DNA of 32,000 nt from Flavobacteriaceae bacterium (GTDB lineage: Bacteria > Bacteroidota > Bacteroidia > Flavobacteriales > Flavobacteriaceae): positions 4,440,001-4,472,000 of the forward strand of contig OZ245049.1 in assembly GCA_965224465.1 (NCBI GenBank), written 5' to 3'. The translations under genes and the position numbers were made by a program. The notes under the pieces were generated by a model, which worked only from the letters and a program-made list of their open reading frames with translations, was not told where the DNA came from and made no database searches. Below are positions 11,526 to 19,750 of the stretch, piece after piece; position 1 is the stretch's first letter, and every line of letters begins with the position of its first letter.

Positions 11526-13928
11526 TTACATGAATCCTCCACCGCCTTTTTTCTCATTATTAGCTCTTCGTTTTCTTTGTTTTGCTTTGTTTTTTCCTCC
11601 TCCAAATCGATAACTAAAACCTAGGTATGCGGTTTGACTTTCCCAGTTAAATTTTCCTGTTTGTGGGTATGGTTTTTTTGTTTCGAACTGGAATTTCATT
11701 CCTTTAAAAATATCGTTATAACGCAAGCTGATAGTTCCTTTTCCTTTCAGTACTTTATAAGTAGCTCCAGTGTTTACCATCCACATTGGTTCTGTTTCAA
11801 ATTGTATGCTTTGTCCAGCGCCTCGGTACATTGCAAATACATTAAAGCGTAATTTTTTTGTTGCCGTAAAACTTTGGCTCAATCTAGCGTTCCATTGCAC
11901 ACTACTTATGGATACCAATTGATTGTCTATAAGACCGTTTTCGTTGTTTTGATAGAAATCAAAACTTCCATTAATTCTCCACCATTTTGCAATTCTCAAA
12001 TTAGAAGAAATTTCAATTCCATAGGCATCGGTATCATCAGTATTTCTATACGATAATTCTACTTTTTCTGGATCCGTAGGATGCGCACTTAAACTTCTGC
12101 TTATATTGTTGCTTATCAATCTGTAAAAAGTACCAACAGTTACCGATCCTTTTTTTAATTGTTTGGTGTAGTTTAATTCAAATGAGTTTGTAAACTGAGG
12201 CTTTAAATTTGGATTTCCTCTAGAATCTATAGTAGAAGTACTCCATTGTAAATTTGGATTTACTTGCCCTAAACCTGGCCTGTCTACTCTTCTGCTATAA
12301 CTTGCTTGGAATTGATTTTTTGTGGAAGGGTTATAGGTTAAAAAGGCTGATGGGTACAAACTAAAAATTTCATCTTTGTAAGGTGTTTGTTGTACTCCGT
12401 TTTCAGAAAAGTCTGCTTTTACATTGTACTGTTCCAAGCGAGCTCCTAGTTGTAAACTTAATTTATTCCATTTCGTATTGTAATTTGTATAGAAAGAGTA
12501 GATATCTCTATTATAGGTAAATTTGTTAATTTCAAAATCTGTAGGATTTGATTTCCCCTGATTAGAAGTACGTCCGTTTTGTGTGTTTTGCGTTCTGTAT
12601 TCTACTCCTATTTCTAATTTTGAATGCTCTGTAAGAGGGTTTGTGTAATCTAAATTTACAATGGTATTCTCTCTTTTATTATTGGAGGATACTTGATAGT
12701 TTAAAATGTTGTTTAGAGGATTATTCCGTTCTGTATAACGCTGTGTTCCTTCTGGTGTAGAGGTAGCGTTGTTGATTTCAAAATCCAATGCATGTCCCTT
12801 TTTATTAAATGTAGTCGTGTAATTAAAATTATAGGTTTCACTCTTTGTATCATTTTCTTTGATCATCATCTCCATGGTATTTGGGTATTCTCCATTGGCG
12901 TATACATTATTTGTTGTAGAATTTAAAAATCCAGTACTCCAGTTTTGCGTGGTGTAAAAAGACATACTATTGTTATCATTAATGTCGTAGTCTACGCCTA
13001 ATTTAAGAAGATCAGATGTATTGTCACTCTCCATAGACAAACGTTGTCTACTGTTTAAATCTAAGCGTCTAATGTCTCCTTTATTGGATCGTTTTCCTCT
13101 ATTTGCTCCGTAATTCATGTAAAAATTAACATTGTCTACTTTGTAATTCATGTTGATAGATCCATTGTAACGGGTGTTGTCGCCATGTGTAAGTCCTAGT
13201 TCTACATTTCCATTAAAACCAATAGTCGCATTTTTGTGCAATACAATATTAATAATTCCAGACATTCCTTCTGGGTTGTATTTTGCAGAAGGATTGGTAA
13301 TTAATTCTATGGATTTGATAGCGCTAGAAGGGATTTGTTGTAATAACTGAGCTGCAGAAATATTGGTAGGTTTACCATCTACAAGTATACGTACATTATC
13401 GTTTCCTCTTAAGCTTATGTTTCCTGTTTGAGAATCTACGCTCACAGATTGTACGTTATTTAATAACTCTGCTGCAGTTGTTCCTGCCGATTGTAAGTCC
13501 TTGCCTACATTGATTACTTTTCGGTCTACTTTTTGTGTGATAGTAGAGGTTTCGGCAATTATTACAACTTCATCTAAGGCAGCTGCAGTCTCTTCCAATA
13601 CGATGATTCCAAGGTTGATTTTATGTGTATTTTTATCCATTATCAATACTTTTGTATACGTTTTGTATCCGATGTATTGAATTTCGATGGTGTTTTTACC
13701 TAAAGGTACTTTATGAATCATAAAATGTCCATTGTTTCCAGTAATACCTCCTGTTATTATCTTGTTTTCTGCATCTTTTATGATGATGCTTACATAAGGT
13801 AAGGATTCTTTTGAATGCGCATCAATAACTTTTCCAGAGACGGATCCTTGTTTAGGAATGGTACTGTTTGCTTGTGCTGGTGTAATTACCATAAAGCAAA
13901 AGGTGAAAATGATGAATAGTTTTTTCAT
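11526..13928 (-). CDS. TonB-dependent-receptor-like outer-membrane beta-barrel protein (CarboxypepD_reg + plug + barrel)
   Basis: 800 aa with signal peptide MKKLFIIFTFCFMVITPAQA. A CarboxypepD_reg-like block (SGKVIDAHSKESLPYVSIIIKD..NGHFMI) and a plug-like block (NVQSVSVDSQTGNISLRGNDNVRILVDGKP) are present. The long barrel has a basic/Gly-rich tail. Confidence 0.8.
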   Translation of the reverse strand: MKKLFIIFTFCFMVITPAQANSTIPKQGSVSGKVIDAHSKESLPYVSIIIKDAENKIITGGITGNNGHFMIHKVPLGKNTIEIQYIGYKTYTKVLIMDKNTHKINLGIIVLEETAAALDEVVIIAETSTITQKVDRKVINVGKDLQSAGTTAAELLNNVQSVSVDSQTGNISLRGNDNVRILVDGKPTNISAAQLLQQIPSSAIKSIELITNPSAKYNPEGMSGIINIVLHKNATIGFNGNVELGLTHGDNTRYNGSINMNYKVDNVNFYMNYGANRGKRSNKGDIRRLDLNSRQRLSMESDNTSDLLKLGVDYDINDNNSMSFYTTQNWSTGFLNSTTNNVYANGEYPNTMEMMIKENDTKSETYNFNYTTTFNKKGHALDFEINNATSTPEGTQRYTERNNPLNNILNYQVSSNNKRENTIVNLDYTNPLTEHSKLEIGVEYRTQNTQNGRTSNQGKSNPTDFEINKFTYNRDIYSFYTNYNTKWNKLSLQLGARLEQYNVKADFSENGVQQTPYKDEIFSLYPSAFLTYNPSTKNQFQASYSRRVDRPGLGQVNPNLQWSTSTIDSRGNPNLKPQFTNSFELNYTKQLKKGSVTVGTFYRLISNNISRSLSAHPTDPEKVELSYRNTDDTDAYGIEISSNLRIAKWWRINGSFDFYQNNENGLIDNQLVSISSVQWNARLSQSFTATKKLRFNVFAMYRGAGQSIQFETEPMWMVNTGATYKVLKGKGTISLRYNDIFKGMKFQFETKKPYPQTGKFNWESQTAYLGFSYRFGGGKNKAKQRKRRANNEKKGGGGFM

Positions 13929-13990
13929 TGTGATTTGTGTTTGATTATTTGTTGATTAGTTTGTGATTTTAATTTCTCGAAGTCTGACCT

Positions 13991-14062
13991 GGAAATAGAA
14001 AATAGGCTTTCGAAAGCATACCTCGCACCTTTAGGTTGAGGTGTATTGATTTTTTAAAAGAG
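13991..14062. repeat. ~70-nt intergenic repeat, copy 1
   Basis: GGAAATAGAAAATAGGCTTTCGAAAGCATACCTCGCACCTTTAGGTTGAGGTGTATTGATTTT.. aligns by eye to 14405..14472 at roughly three quarters of positions. Confidence 0.5.
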
Positions 14063-14404
14063 CTTAGATATACCTTGTTTTGAAGGGGGTAAAACCGACA
14101 TTTTGTGTAATTTAAAACGTATTTCGTTTTTAGTAATGTCTGGTTGCTTTAATCTCATTATATCGATTTTGGTATTGCTTTTTATAGGTCTTTGTGATTA
14201 AGACTAAGGAAGCGGATGAATGTTACCTGTGAATTTGGTTTTAACTTCTTTTTAACATTTTAAAAAAGAAGAGAAACACTAAATTACTACAGATTTTAAG
14301 GTTGTGTGATTGGCGTTTTACCAATGCTATTTCTACGGACAAGATGGACATTTCTTGTGGTAGTATTTGTTAAAGCCGGAAATTTATCCTCCGAGATCCT
14401 GCCT

Positions 14405-14472
14405 CAAAATAGAAATAGTCTTTTGGAAGCATAGCTGGTAACTTTAGGTGAGTCTGTTGATTTTAAGAAGAG
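14405..14472. repeat. ~70-nt intergenic repeat, copy 2
   Basis: CAAAATAGAAATAGTCTTTTGGAAGCATAGCTGGTAACTTTAGGTGAGTCTGTTGATTTT.. is a direct-orientation partner of 13991..14062. Confidence 0.5.
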
Positions 14473-14965
14473 GAAGTCTCACAACCTTCAGACTCTTAAG
14501 CTGTCTTCTTTTGGTAGGATATAAGCGGAGTACAGAATAAACCAAAATTTTCATTGTGATAAACAACTATTTGTGATTCTTTTTTTAGTACATTTACATT
14601 CAATTCAGTTTTAAATTACAAATAAGATATCCCCACATGTCTCCGAGAATGGCTAGTCGCTCAATTTATAGACCAGCTTTTAATTTTCTCGTTGTTAAAA
14701 AATAGATCCATCGCTACGGCTACCCGTTGTTTTTTTGTCAAGAAAAACAACTTAGCTCCGTACGTATATGATGGGGTACACTATTTTTAAACAGTCATTT
14801 GGAGATGTGTTATGCGTGTTCTTTTTTGCAAATCAAACGGATGTCCTTTGTGGTTTATAAGGAAATATACACTATTTAAAAACACCTATCACAGGAAAAG
14901 CAAGACCGATTGCTACTTCCTGAAATAGAATAATAATTGCAAAATTAAAAAGTATAAAAACACGT

Positions 14966-16774
14966 ATGGCATTACAAAGCATCACTTCTATTTGGATAGG
15001 ATCAACAGAGATATCCTATTTTAAATCATTAGAATTACATCAAAATATAAAAGACCATCACCATCTAAAATTAGTTTGTCGCATGGATGTTTTAGAGGGT
15101 TTTGAAGAAGAACAAGCAAAGAGCAGCAAGGATTTTTTAGGGCAGGTTATCGGCTTAGAAATAAGCCCCTCTATAGGATTTGAAGGCGCCAAAGAACTCC
15201 TTTTTAAAGGGGTTGTAACGGGCGTGCAAAGCATAAAGGGCTTTGAGGCAGGTGATGGCGATGAAGTGATTATTAGCGCAAAGAGTCCTACTATTTTAGC
15301 TAGCGATGGCGCACATTTTACTTCGTACAACGATGTTTCTTTGTCGGGTATTATACACGATAATTTTCAGCTTTACGACACTTCAAAGCTATCTGTTTTG
15401 GTACGCTTACAAAACGATCCTACCATACATTATTCGGTACAGCACAACGAAAGTTCTTTTGCCTATGCAAGTAGGTTAGCGGCTATGCATGGAGAATGGA
15501 TGTACTACGATGGGATCCAATTGATCTTTGGAAAACCAGATCAAACAGAAGTTGCATTAACCTACGGATTTGATTTAAAAGAATACGAGTTAAAGCTAGA
15601 GCCACAATCTAGTAATTACACCTATTTTGCAAACGATTATTTAACAGACCAGGTATATGAGCAATCGGCAGCTAATGTAAATACAGGACTGCGAGGATAT
15701 GGCGATTTTGTATCAGGTAAATCCGCACATCTATTCCATAAGGAAACTAAAATTTGGCATAATTTACACAACAGTCCACAAACGCAACAACGCTTAGACA
15801 GGGCAACAGAAGTACAAATAAAAGCGATTGCTTTACAACAAGTAATTGTCCGTGTCACAAGCGACAATACAGGGGTAAAACTGGGAGGTATTGTAACGAT
15901 AGAAGGCAATAAATACAGGGTTGTAAAAATTACACATACCAATACAGAAACAGGCGAATACCTCAATAAATTTGAAGCCATTACCACAGATATAAATACA
16001 TATCCGTATACAGATATAAACGCATTTCCAAAAAGTGAAAGTCAAACGGCTGTAGTAAAATACAACGATGATCCCGATGGTTTAGGGCGTGTAAAAGTAC
16101 AGTTTGTTTGGCAAAAAATCACAGGAGAAATAAGTCCGTGGATACGAATGGTACAGCCACATGGGGGAGCAGATAAGGGCTTTTATTTTATTCCCGAAAT
16201 AAACGAAGAAGTATTGGTAGGTTTTGAAGGTGGGAATGCAGAGTATCCCTATGTCCTAGGAAGCCTCTACAATGGAAGTCAAGGTGCAGGTGCTTTTCAA
16301 TCAAAAAATAATGATATCAAAGCGATTAAAACTCGCGGAGGTCACCTAATAGAATTCAAAGACACCAATGGGGAAGAAACGATAACTATTTTAGATAAGA
16401 GTGGTAATAAAATAGTATTCGATGTTGCAAGTTCTAGCATCAATATATCAGCCCCGTCAAACATAACCCTTAGTGCAGATACGATACAGATTAAAGCAAA
16501 AAATGAAATTAAAATGTTTTCAGCCGAAAGCAGTATCGCCATAGAAGCAAAACAGGATATAGGGATGCATAGTAAGGATTCAAAATTACAATTAAGTGCT
16601 AAAGAAGATGTAGATATTCGTAGTAAAAATGCCAATTTAAAAATTAAAGCAAAGAATACGACACAAATTGTAGGTAATAAAACGGTTGACGTATTGGCGG
16701 GTAATGAATTAAAAATGCACGGTAAAAGTAGCAGTAAATTAACAGGAGGAAAAGTATTTATAAATAAAGGCTAG
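14966..16774 (+). CDS. vgrG: Type VI secretion spike protein VgrG (TssI), short Bacteroidota-type
   Basis: 602 aa. A gp27-like N-terminus is followed by a gp5 OB-fold signature, GRVKVQFVWQ...SPWIRMVQPHGGADKGFYFIPEINEEVLVGFEGGNAEYPYVLGSLYNG. The C-terminus is repetitive and beta-helix-like. Confidence 0.9.
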   Translation: MALQSITSIWIGSTEISYFKSLELHQNIKDHHHLKLVCRMDVLEGFEEEQAKSSKDFLGQVIGLEISPSIGFEGAKELLFKGVVTGVQSIKGFEAGDGDEVIISAKSPTILASDGAHFTSYNDVSLSGIIHDNFQLYDTSKLSVLVRLQNDPTIHYSVQHNESSFAYASRLAAMHGEWMYYDGIQLIFGKPDQTEVALTYGFDLKEYELKLEPQSSNYTYFANDYLTDQVYEQSAANVNTGLRGYGDFVSGKSAHLFHKETKIWHNLHNSPQTQQRLDRATEVQIKAIALQQVIVRVTSDNTGVKLGGIVTIEGNKYRVVKITHTNTETGEYLNKFEAITTDINTYPYTDINAFPKSESQTAVVKYNDDPDGLGRVKVQFVWQKITGEISPWIRMVQPHGGADKGFYFIPEINEEVLVGFEGGNAEYPYVLGSLYNGSQGAGAFQSKNNDIKAIKTRGGHLIEFKDTNGEETITILDKSGNKIVFDVASSSINISAPSNITLSADTIQIKAKNEIKMFSAESSIAIEAKQDIGMHSKDSKLQLSAKEDVDIRSKNANLKIKAKNTTQIVGNKTVDVLAGNELKMHGKSSSKLTGGKVFINKG

Positions 16775-16781
16775 TATTCGT

Positions 16782-17633
16782 ATGAGAACTTTAGAACTCG
16801 AAACATATATTATAGATAAAAAAGTGTACAAATATGTATCTAAGTCTATAGTAGCAACAGAAAAAATGATGATGAAAAACTCATCAGAAGCTATTGTGAA
16901 AAAAAAGTACATTAAGAAGAATTTTCATAATACAGGTGCTATTTTTAGAATTGACACCCTGTCTGAAACCCAAGGAAAAGAGAGTGCCACGGGTAAATTA
17001 AGTGCCGATTTAAATAGCTTAATGCATCATATAAGTGTAGGAACTACCGCAACAGGAGAACTGCAAACAATTTTCAACATGGATCAAGTGATCGATACAT
17101 GGGATGCTCTTAAAAAGCGATGGAAAAAAGAGGCCCCTAGGAAAAACAGAAAACAGGTACAAAAAACGATAGATGCAGTAGAAGAAAATTTAGAAAACGG
17201 TAGTTTTGTTAAAGACATCGCTAGCCAAGGCATGCTGCATTTTTTACTGAACGGTTTGTATACAAATTACGGCAAGGATAATTGTATCGTGATCGCAAGA
17301 GATTTGAATAAATTTTTAGTAACACAACCATTGCCTTTAAATATTACCTATAAAATTGTAGCGTATGATAGGCTAAGCAAAGCCATGATAATTGAAGGCG
17401 AAGGGGAAGTTGCAGAAGAACGCCTTAACAAAAAAGAATTAACCCATTTTATACGATCGTTAAAAGATCAAATAAATTTAAAAGTGGATCTTCAAGTTGT
17501 TTATAAAGAGCGTTTTGAATTTGATGGAAGCCATTGGTTAACAAGAGCAAGACAGAAAGTAAAAGTAACAATCCCGGGGTTTTACATGGCAGAAACGGAT
17601 CAAAAAATAGAAGAATTGAACGATGAGCAATAA
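16782..17633 (+). CDS. Hypothetical protein between vgrG and the PAAR-like effector (candidate adaptor/chaperone)
   Basis: 283-aa ORF that starts 8 nt after the vgrG stop and overlaps the effector start by 11 nt (ATGAGCAATAA). I recognise no family. Any function is inferred from position only. Confidence 0.5.
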   Translation: MRTLELETYIIDKKVYKYVSKSIVATEKMMMKNSSEAIVKKKYIKKNFHNTGAIFRIDTLSETQGKESATGKLSADLNSLMHHISVGTTATGELQTIFNMDQVIDTWDALKKRWKKEAPRKNRKQVQKTIDAVEENLENGSFVKDIASQGMLHFLLNGLYTNYGKDNCIVIARDLNKFLVTQPLPLNITYKIVAYDRLSKAMIIEGEGEVAEERLNKKELTHFIRSLKDQINLKVDLQVVYKERFEFDGSHWLTRARQKVKVTIPGFYMAETDQKIEELNDEQ

Positions 17634-18696
17634 AAAATACGTACCGCAAGGCGTGTATTTAGCTTGCGATAAAGGAACTGTACCAACCGAATTTAAAATA
17701 ACGAATAATAATAATGTTTTTTTGTTTGATGAGCCCGTTGCCAATACGGGAGATATGATCCCCAATGTTAATATACAACCCTTTGGAGCCTGTAGCGTAA
17801 AATATGGAAACCCTTGCGTACCTGTGCCAACTGTTTGGCAAGGTTTTGAAGATGGTATATTTATTGGTAACTTTAACCCATTATTAGAAGACTCCGTGAT
17901 GCAATGTGGTGTAGGCGGAAAAATAGAAATACATTACTCGCTAGAAGATGCCCAAGCAGCATGTGGCGATGATGGAATGAGTTTCTGGGAAATAGTAGCT
18001 GCCACGGTATTGGTAGTAGCAGCAGTCGCATTAATTGTGATTACAGGAGGAGCTGTTATAGCGGCAGTAACTGCTGTAAGTGCTGCGACAGGTGCATTGG
18101 CAACTACAATAGCTGTAGGTGTTGTGGCATTAGAAGGGTTTGGTTTGTATTGTGAAGTAAAAGCATTATACGACTATACCGAAGACGGAGACGAAGAAGC
18201 ATTGTTTAAAGGTGTAGCCTTAGGTTTTTTGTTTTTAGGAGCAGGGAAAGTTGTTGAGAAAGGGTTTAGGGCACTTAAAAACAGTAAAGCCATTGTCGAA
18301 GTAACAGAACAGGTTACTAAGAAAATAAGTAAAAGGCTACAGTTTTTAGGAAGAACACCTGGGAAATCCTCTAAAACAGGCAGAGAAGTTTTTGAAAGAA
18401 TGTTAAACGGAAAACCTCCTACTGCAAGAGTTAAAAGAATAGGAAAAAAAGAAATAAAAGAATTTTGGGATTATGATAATCAAAAATGGAGAAATATAAA
18501 AGAAGCAGATATGGGGCATATTGAGGATGCCGTTTCGTATTGGAATAACACAGGAAGATACCTAGGTGCAAAATCTAAAGAGGTACGTAAATGGATGTTG
18601 GACTCAGATAATTATGTTTATGAGTATTTTAGAACGAATAGATCAAAAGGCGCAATATTAGGAAAAACAACAACTTATTTACCTCCAATTAATTAA
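17623..18696 (+). CDS. T6SS polymorphic effector: DUF4280/PAAR-like domain + multi-TM segment + C-terminal GH-E-like HNH/EndoVII nuclease toxin (CT type A)
   Basis: The N-terminal ~105 aa fit the DUF4280 pattern (YVPQGVYLACDKG, PFGAC, NPCVPVPTVW, MQCGVGGKIEI). An Ala/Val/Gly-rich hydrophobic run follows (FWEIVAATVLVVAAVALIVITGGAVIAAVTAVSAATGALATTIAVGVVAL), then the junction helix ALFKGVALGFLFLGAGKVVEKG. The C-terminal ~145 aa carry DMGHIED...NYVYEYFRTNRSKG, as in the GH-E family. Confidence 0.8.
   Translation: MSNKKYVPQGVYLACDKGTVPTEFKITNNNNVFLFDEPVANTGDMIPNVNIQPFGACSVKYGNPCVPVPTVWQGFEDGIFIGNFNPLLEDSVMQCGVGGKIEIHYSLEDAQAACGDDGMSFWEIVAATVLVVAAVALIVITGGAVIAAVTAVSAATGALATTIAVGVVALEGFGLYCEVKALYDYTEDGDEEALFKGVALGFLFLGAGKVVEKGFRALKNSKAIVEVTEQVTKKISKRLQFLGRTPGKSSKTGREVFERMLNGKPPTARVKRIGKKEIKEFWDYDNQKWRNIKEADMGHIEDAVSYWNNTGRYLGAKSKEVRKWMLDSDNYVYEYFRTNRSKGAILGKTTTYLPPIN
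18154..18264 (+). repeat. R0: recombination-homology segment inside the expressed effector gene
   Basis: 18190..18264 (GACGAAGAAGCATTGTTTAAAGGTGTAGCCTTAGGTTTTTTGTTTTTAGGAGCAGGGAAAGTTGTTGAGAAAGG) recurs essentially unchanged in R1 to R8. Weaker in-frame homology extends back to about 18154. Confidence 0.85.
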
Positions 18697-18713
18697 AATA
18701 AAAAATTTTTAAT

Positions 18714-19160
18714 ATGAAAGAATTCAGTAATGAAATAGAAAATAAAATCGATAATTTTTTAAGTGAATCTTCTGAATATTACGAGAAAGGAAATATTATA
18801 AAATCGGGTAATTACCTTGTAAAGGCATATAAGATAATACCTCAGCCTAGAGAGAAATATAATGAAAGCTATAACTATTGTTCATATGTTTTAGATTATA
18901 TTTTAGATGAAGAATATGAGGTTAATAATGCTTTAAAGTGGTTACAAGAACTAGAACTGATAGCAAATTTTCAAAAAACATGGGAAGGAAGCTATGAGTT
19001 TTATGCAGCAAAAACATATTTTGTAATAGGACAATTTGAGAAGGCAATAGAATATTTTGATAAGTGTATTGAAATAGGAAAAGGGATGAGATATTTTGAA
19101 GATGAAGATCCTAAATACAAAGATTTTTATCTAAATCCTGAAAAATACACAAATGAATGA
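18714..19160 (+). CDS. Variable helical-repeat protein, candidate immunity/accessory (allele 1 of 3)
   Basis: 148 aa. Homologous but strongly diverged from 27401..27853 and 30855..31295, except for the shared C-terminus RYFE.E..KYKDFYLNPEKYTNE. Its stop overlaps the next start (ATGAATGA). Confidence 0.6.
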   Translation: MKEFSNEIENKIDNFLSESSEYYEKGNIIKSGNYLVKAYKIIPQPREKYNESYNYCSYVLDYILDEEYEVNNALKWLQELELIANFQKTWEGSYEFYAAKTYFVIGQFEKAIEYFDKCIEIGKGMRYFEDEDPKYKDFYLNPEKYTNE

Positions 19161-19611
19161 ATTAAATAACGGTCTTTATTTAACAGTAGAAGAACTTAAC
19201 GAAGAAGGCAATGACTTATTCGAAAAAGAGCAATTTTTAGATGCCTTAAAGAAATATGAACAAGCATTAAATTTACTTCCTATTCCAAAAACAAACTGGG
19301 AAGCAAGCACATGGCTTTATACGAGCATAGCAGATGTGTATTTTTCAATTAATGATTTAGAAATAGCCAAAAACAATTATTACAATGCTCTTAATTGCCC
19401 AGAAGGTATGGGCAACGCATATATTCATTTTAGTTTAGGTCAAGTTTTATTTCTACTAGGAGAGATTGATAAGTCTAGACAATCATTATTGCGTAGCTAT
19501 ATGTTAGAAGGGGAGGATATATTTAAAGATGAAGACCCAAAATTTAGAAAAAGTATTGAAAATTATTTAAAACCTCCGCCAAAAAAATCACGTTTTTTAT
19601 TAGATGATTAA
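19153..19611 (+). CDS. TPR-like protein, candidate immunity for CT type A; carries the KKSRFLLDD tail
   Basis: 152 aa with TPR-like helices (EEGNDLFEKEQFLDALKKYEQALNLLP; ADVYFSINDLEIAKNNYYNAL). Nearly identical copies lie at 27846..28304 and 31288..31746. Confidence 0.6.
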   Translation: MNELNNGLYLTVEELNEEGNDLFEKEQFLDALKKYEQALNLLPIPKTNWEASTWLYTSIADVYFSINDLEIAKNNYYNALNCPEGMGNAYIHFSLGQVLFLLGEIDKSRQSLLRSYMLEGEDIFKDEDPKFRKSIENYLKPPPKKSRFLLDD

Positions 19612-19750
19612 TTAAGGTAGTATAGTATTTTTGAAATACAGAAGTAAATACCCTTTATGATTATAGCCAAGATAGTGACGAAGAAGCATTGTTTAAAGGT
19701 GTAGCCTTAGGTTTTTTGTTTTTAGGAGCAGGGAAAGTTGTTGAGAAAGG
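19582..19750 (+). repeat. R1 inter-cassette direct repeat (~170 bp)
   Basis: Spans the last 10 codons of the upstream ORF (KKSRFLLDD*), the conserved spacer TTAATTAAGGTAGTATAGTATTTTTGAAATACAGAAGTAAATACCCTTTATGATTATAGCCAAGATAGT, and the 74-nt core shared with R0. Confidence 0.9.

Noticed and set aside
13929-14965. A tRNA, other RNA gene or hidden small ORF in the long intergenic region.
   Set aside because: I saw no cloverleaf-compatible sequence and no conserved RNA motif on reading it, and there is no ORF of 60 aa or more. Only repeats and hairpins are reported. Infernal would be needed to exclude an ncRNA.
19591-19611. AAAAAA-TCACG-TTTTTT at the tail of the cassette-terminal ORFs as a terminator or structured recombination site.
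   Set aside because: The pairing is A/T-only, and the central bases differ between copies (TCACG, TCTCG, GAGCCG) with no compensatory pattern. This is not convincing as a conserved structure.
19626-19633. TATTTTTG in the spacer as a Bacteroidota -7 promoter box (TAnnTTTG) that drives each orphan cassette.
   Set aside because: The match is exact only in the R1/R4/R5/R8 spacer variant; R2/R3/R6/R7 read TAGTTCTTTG. I find no TTTG -33 element at the expected 19-21 nt upstream. The region is too AT-rich for the match to mean much without TSS data.
19689-19691. The TTG codons shown as M at the start of the orphan CT ORFs (19689, 21683, 24087, 25231, 26907, 28417, 30344, 31824) as genuine independent start codons.
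   Set aside because: Each TTG is the Leu codon of ..EEALFKG.. in the expressed gene. In-frame homology continues upstream to a TGA. They are most simply truncated gene fragments, and independent translation is unproven.
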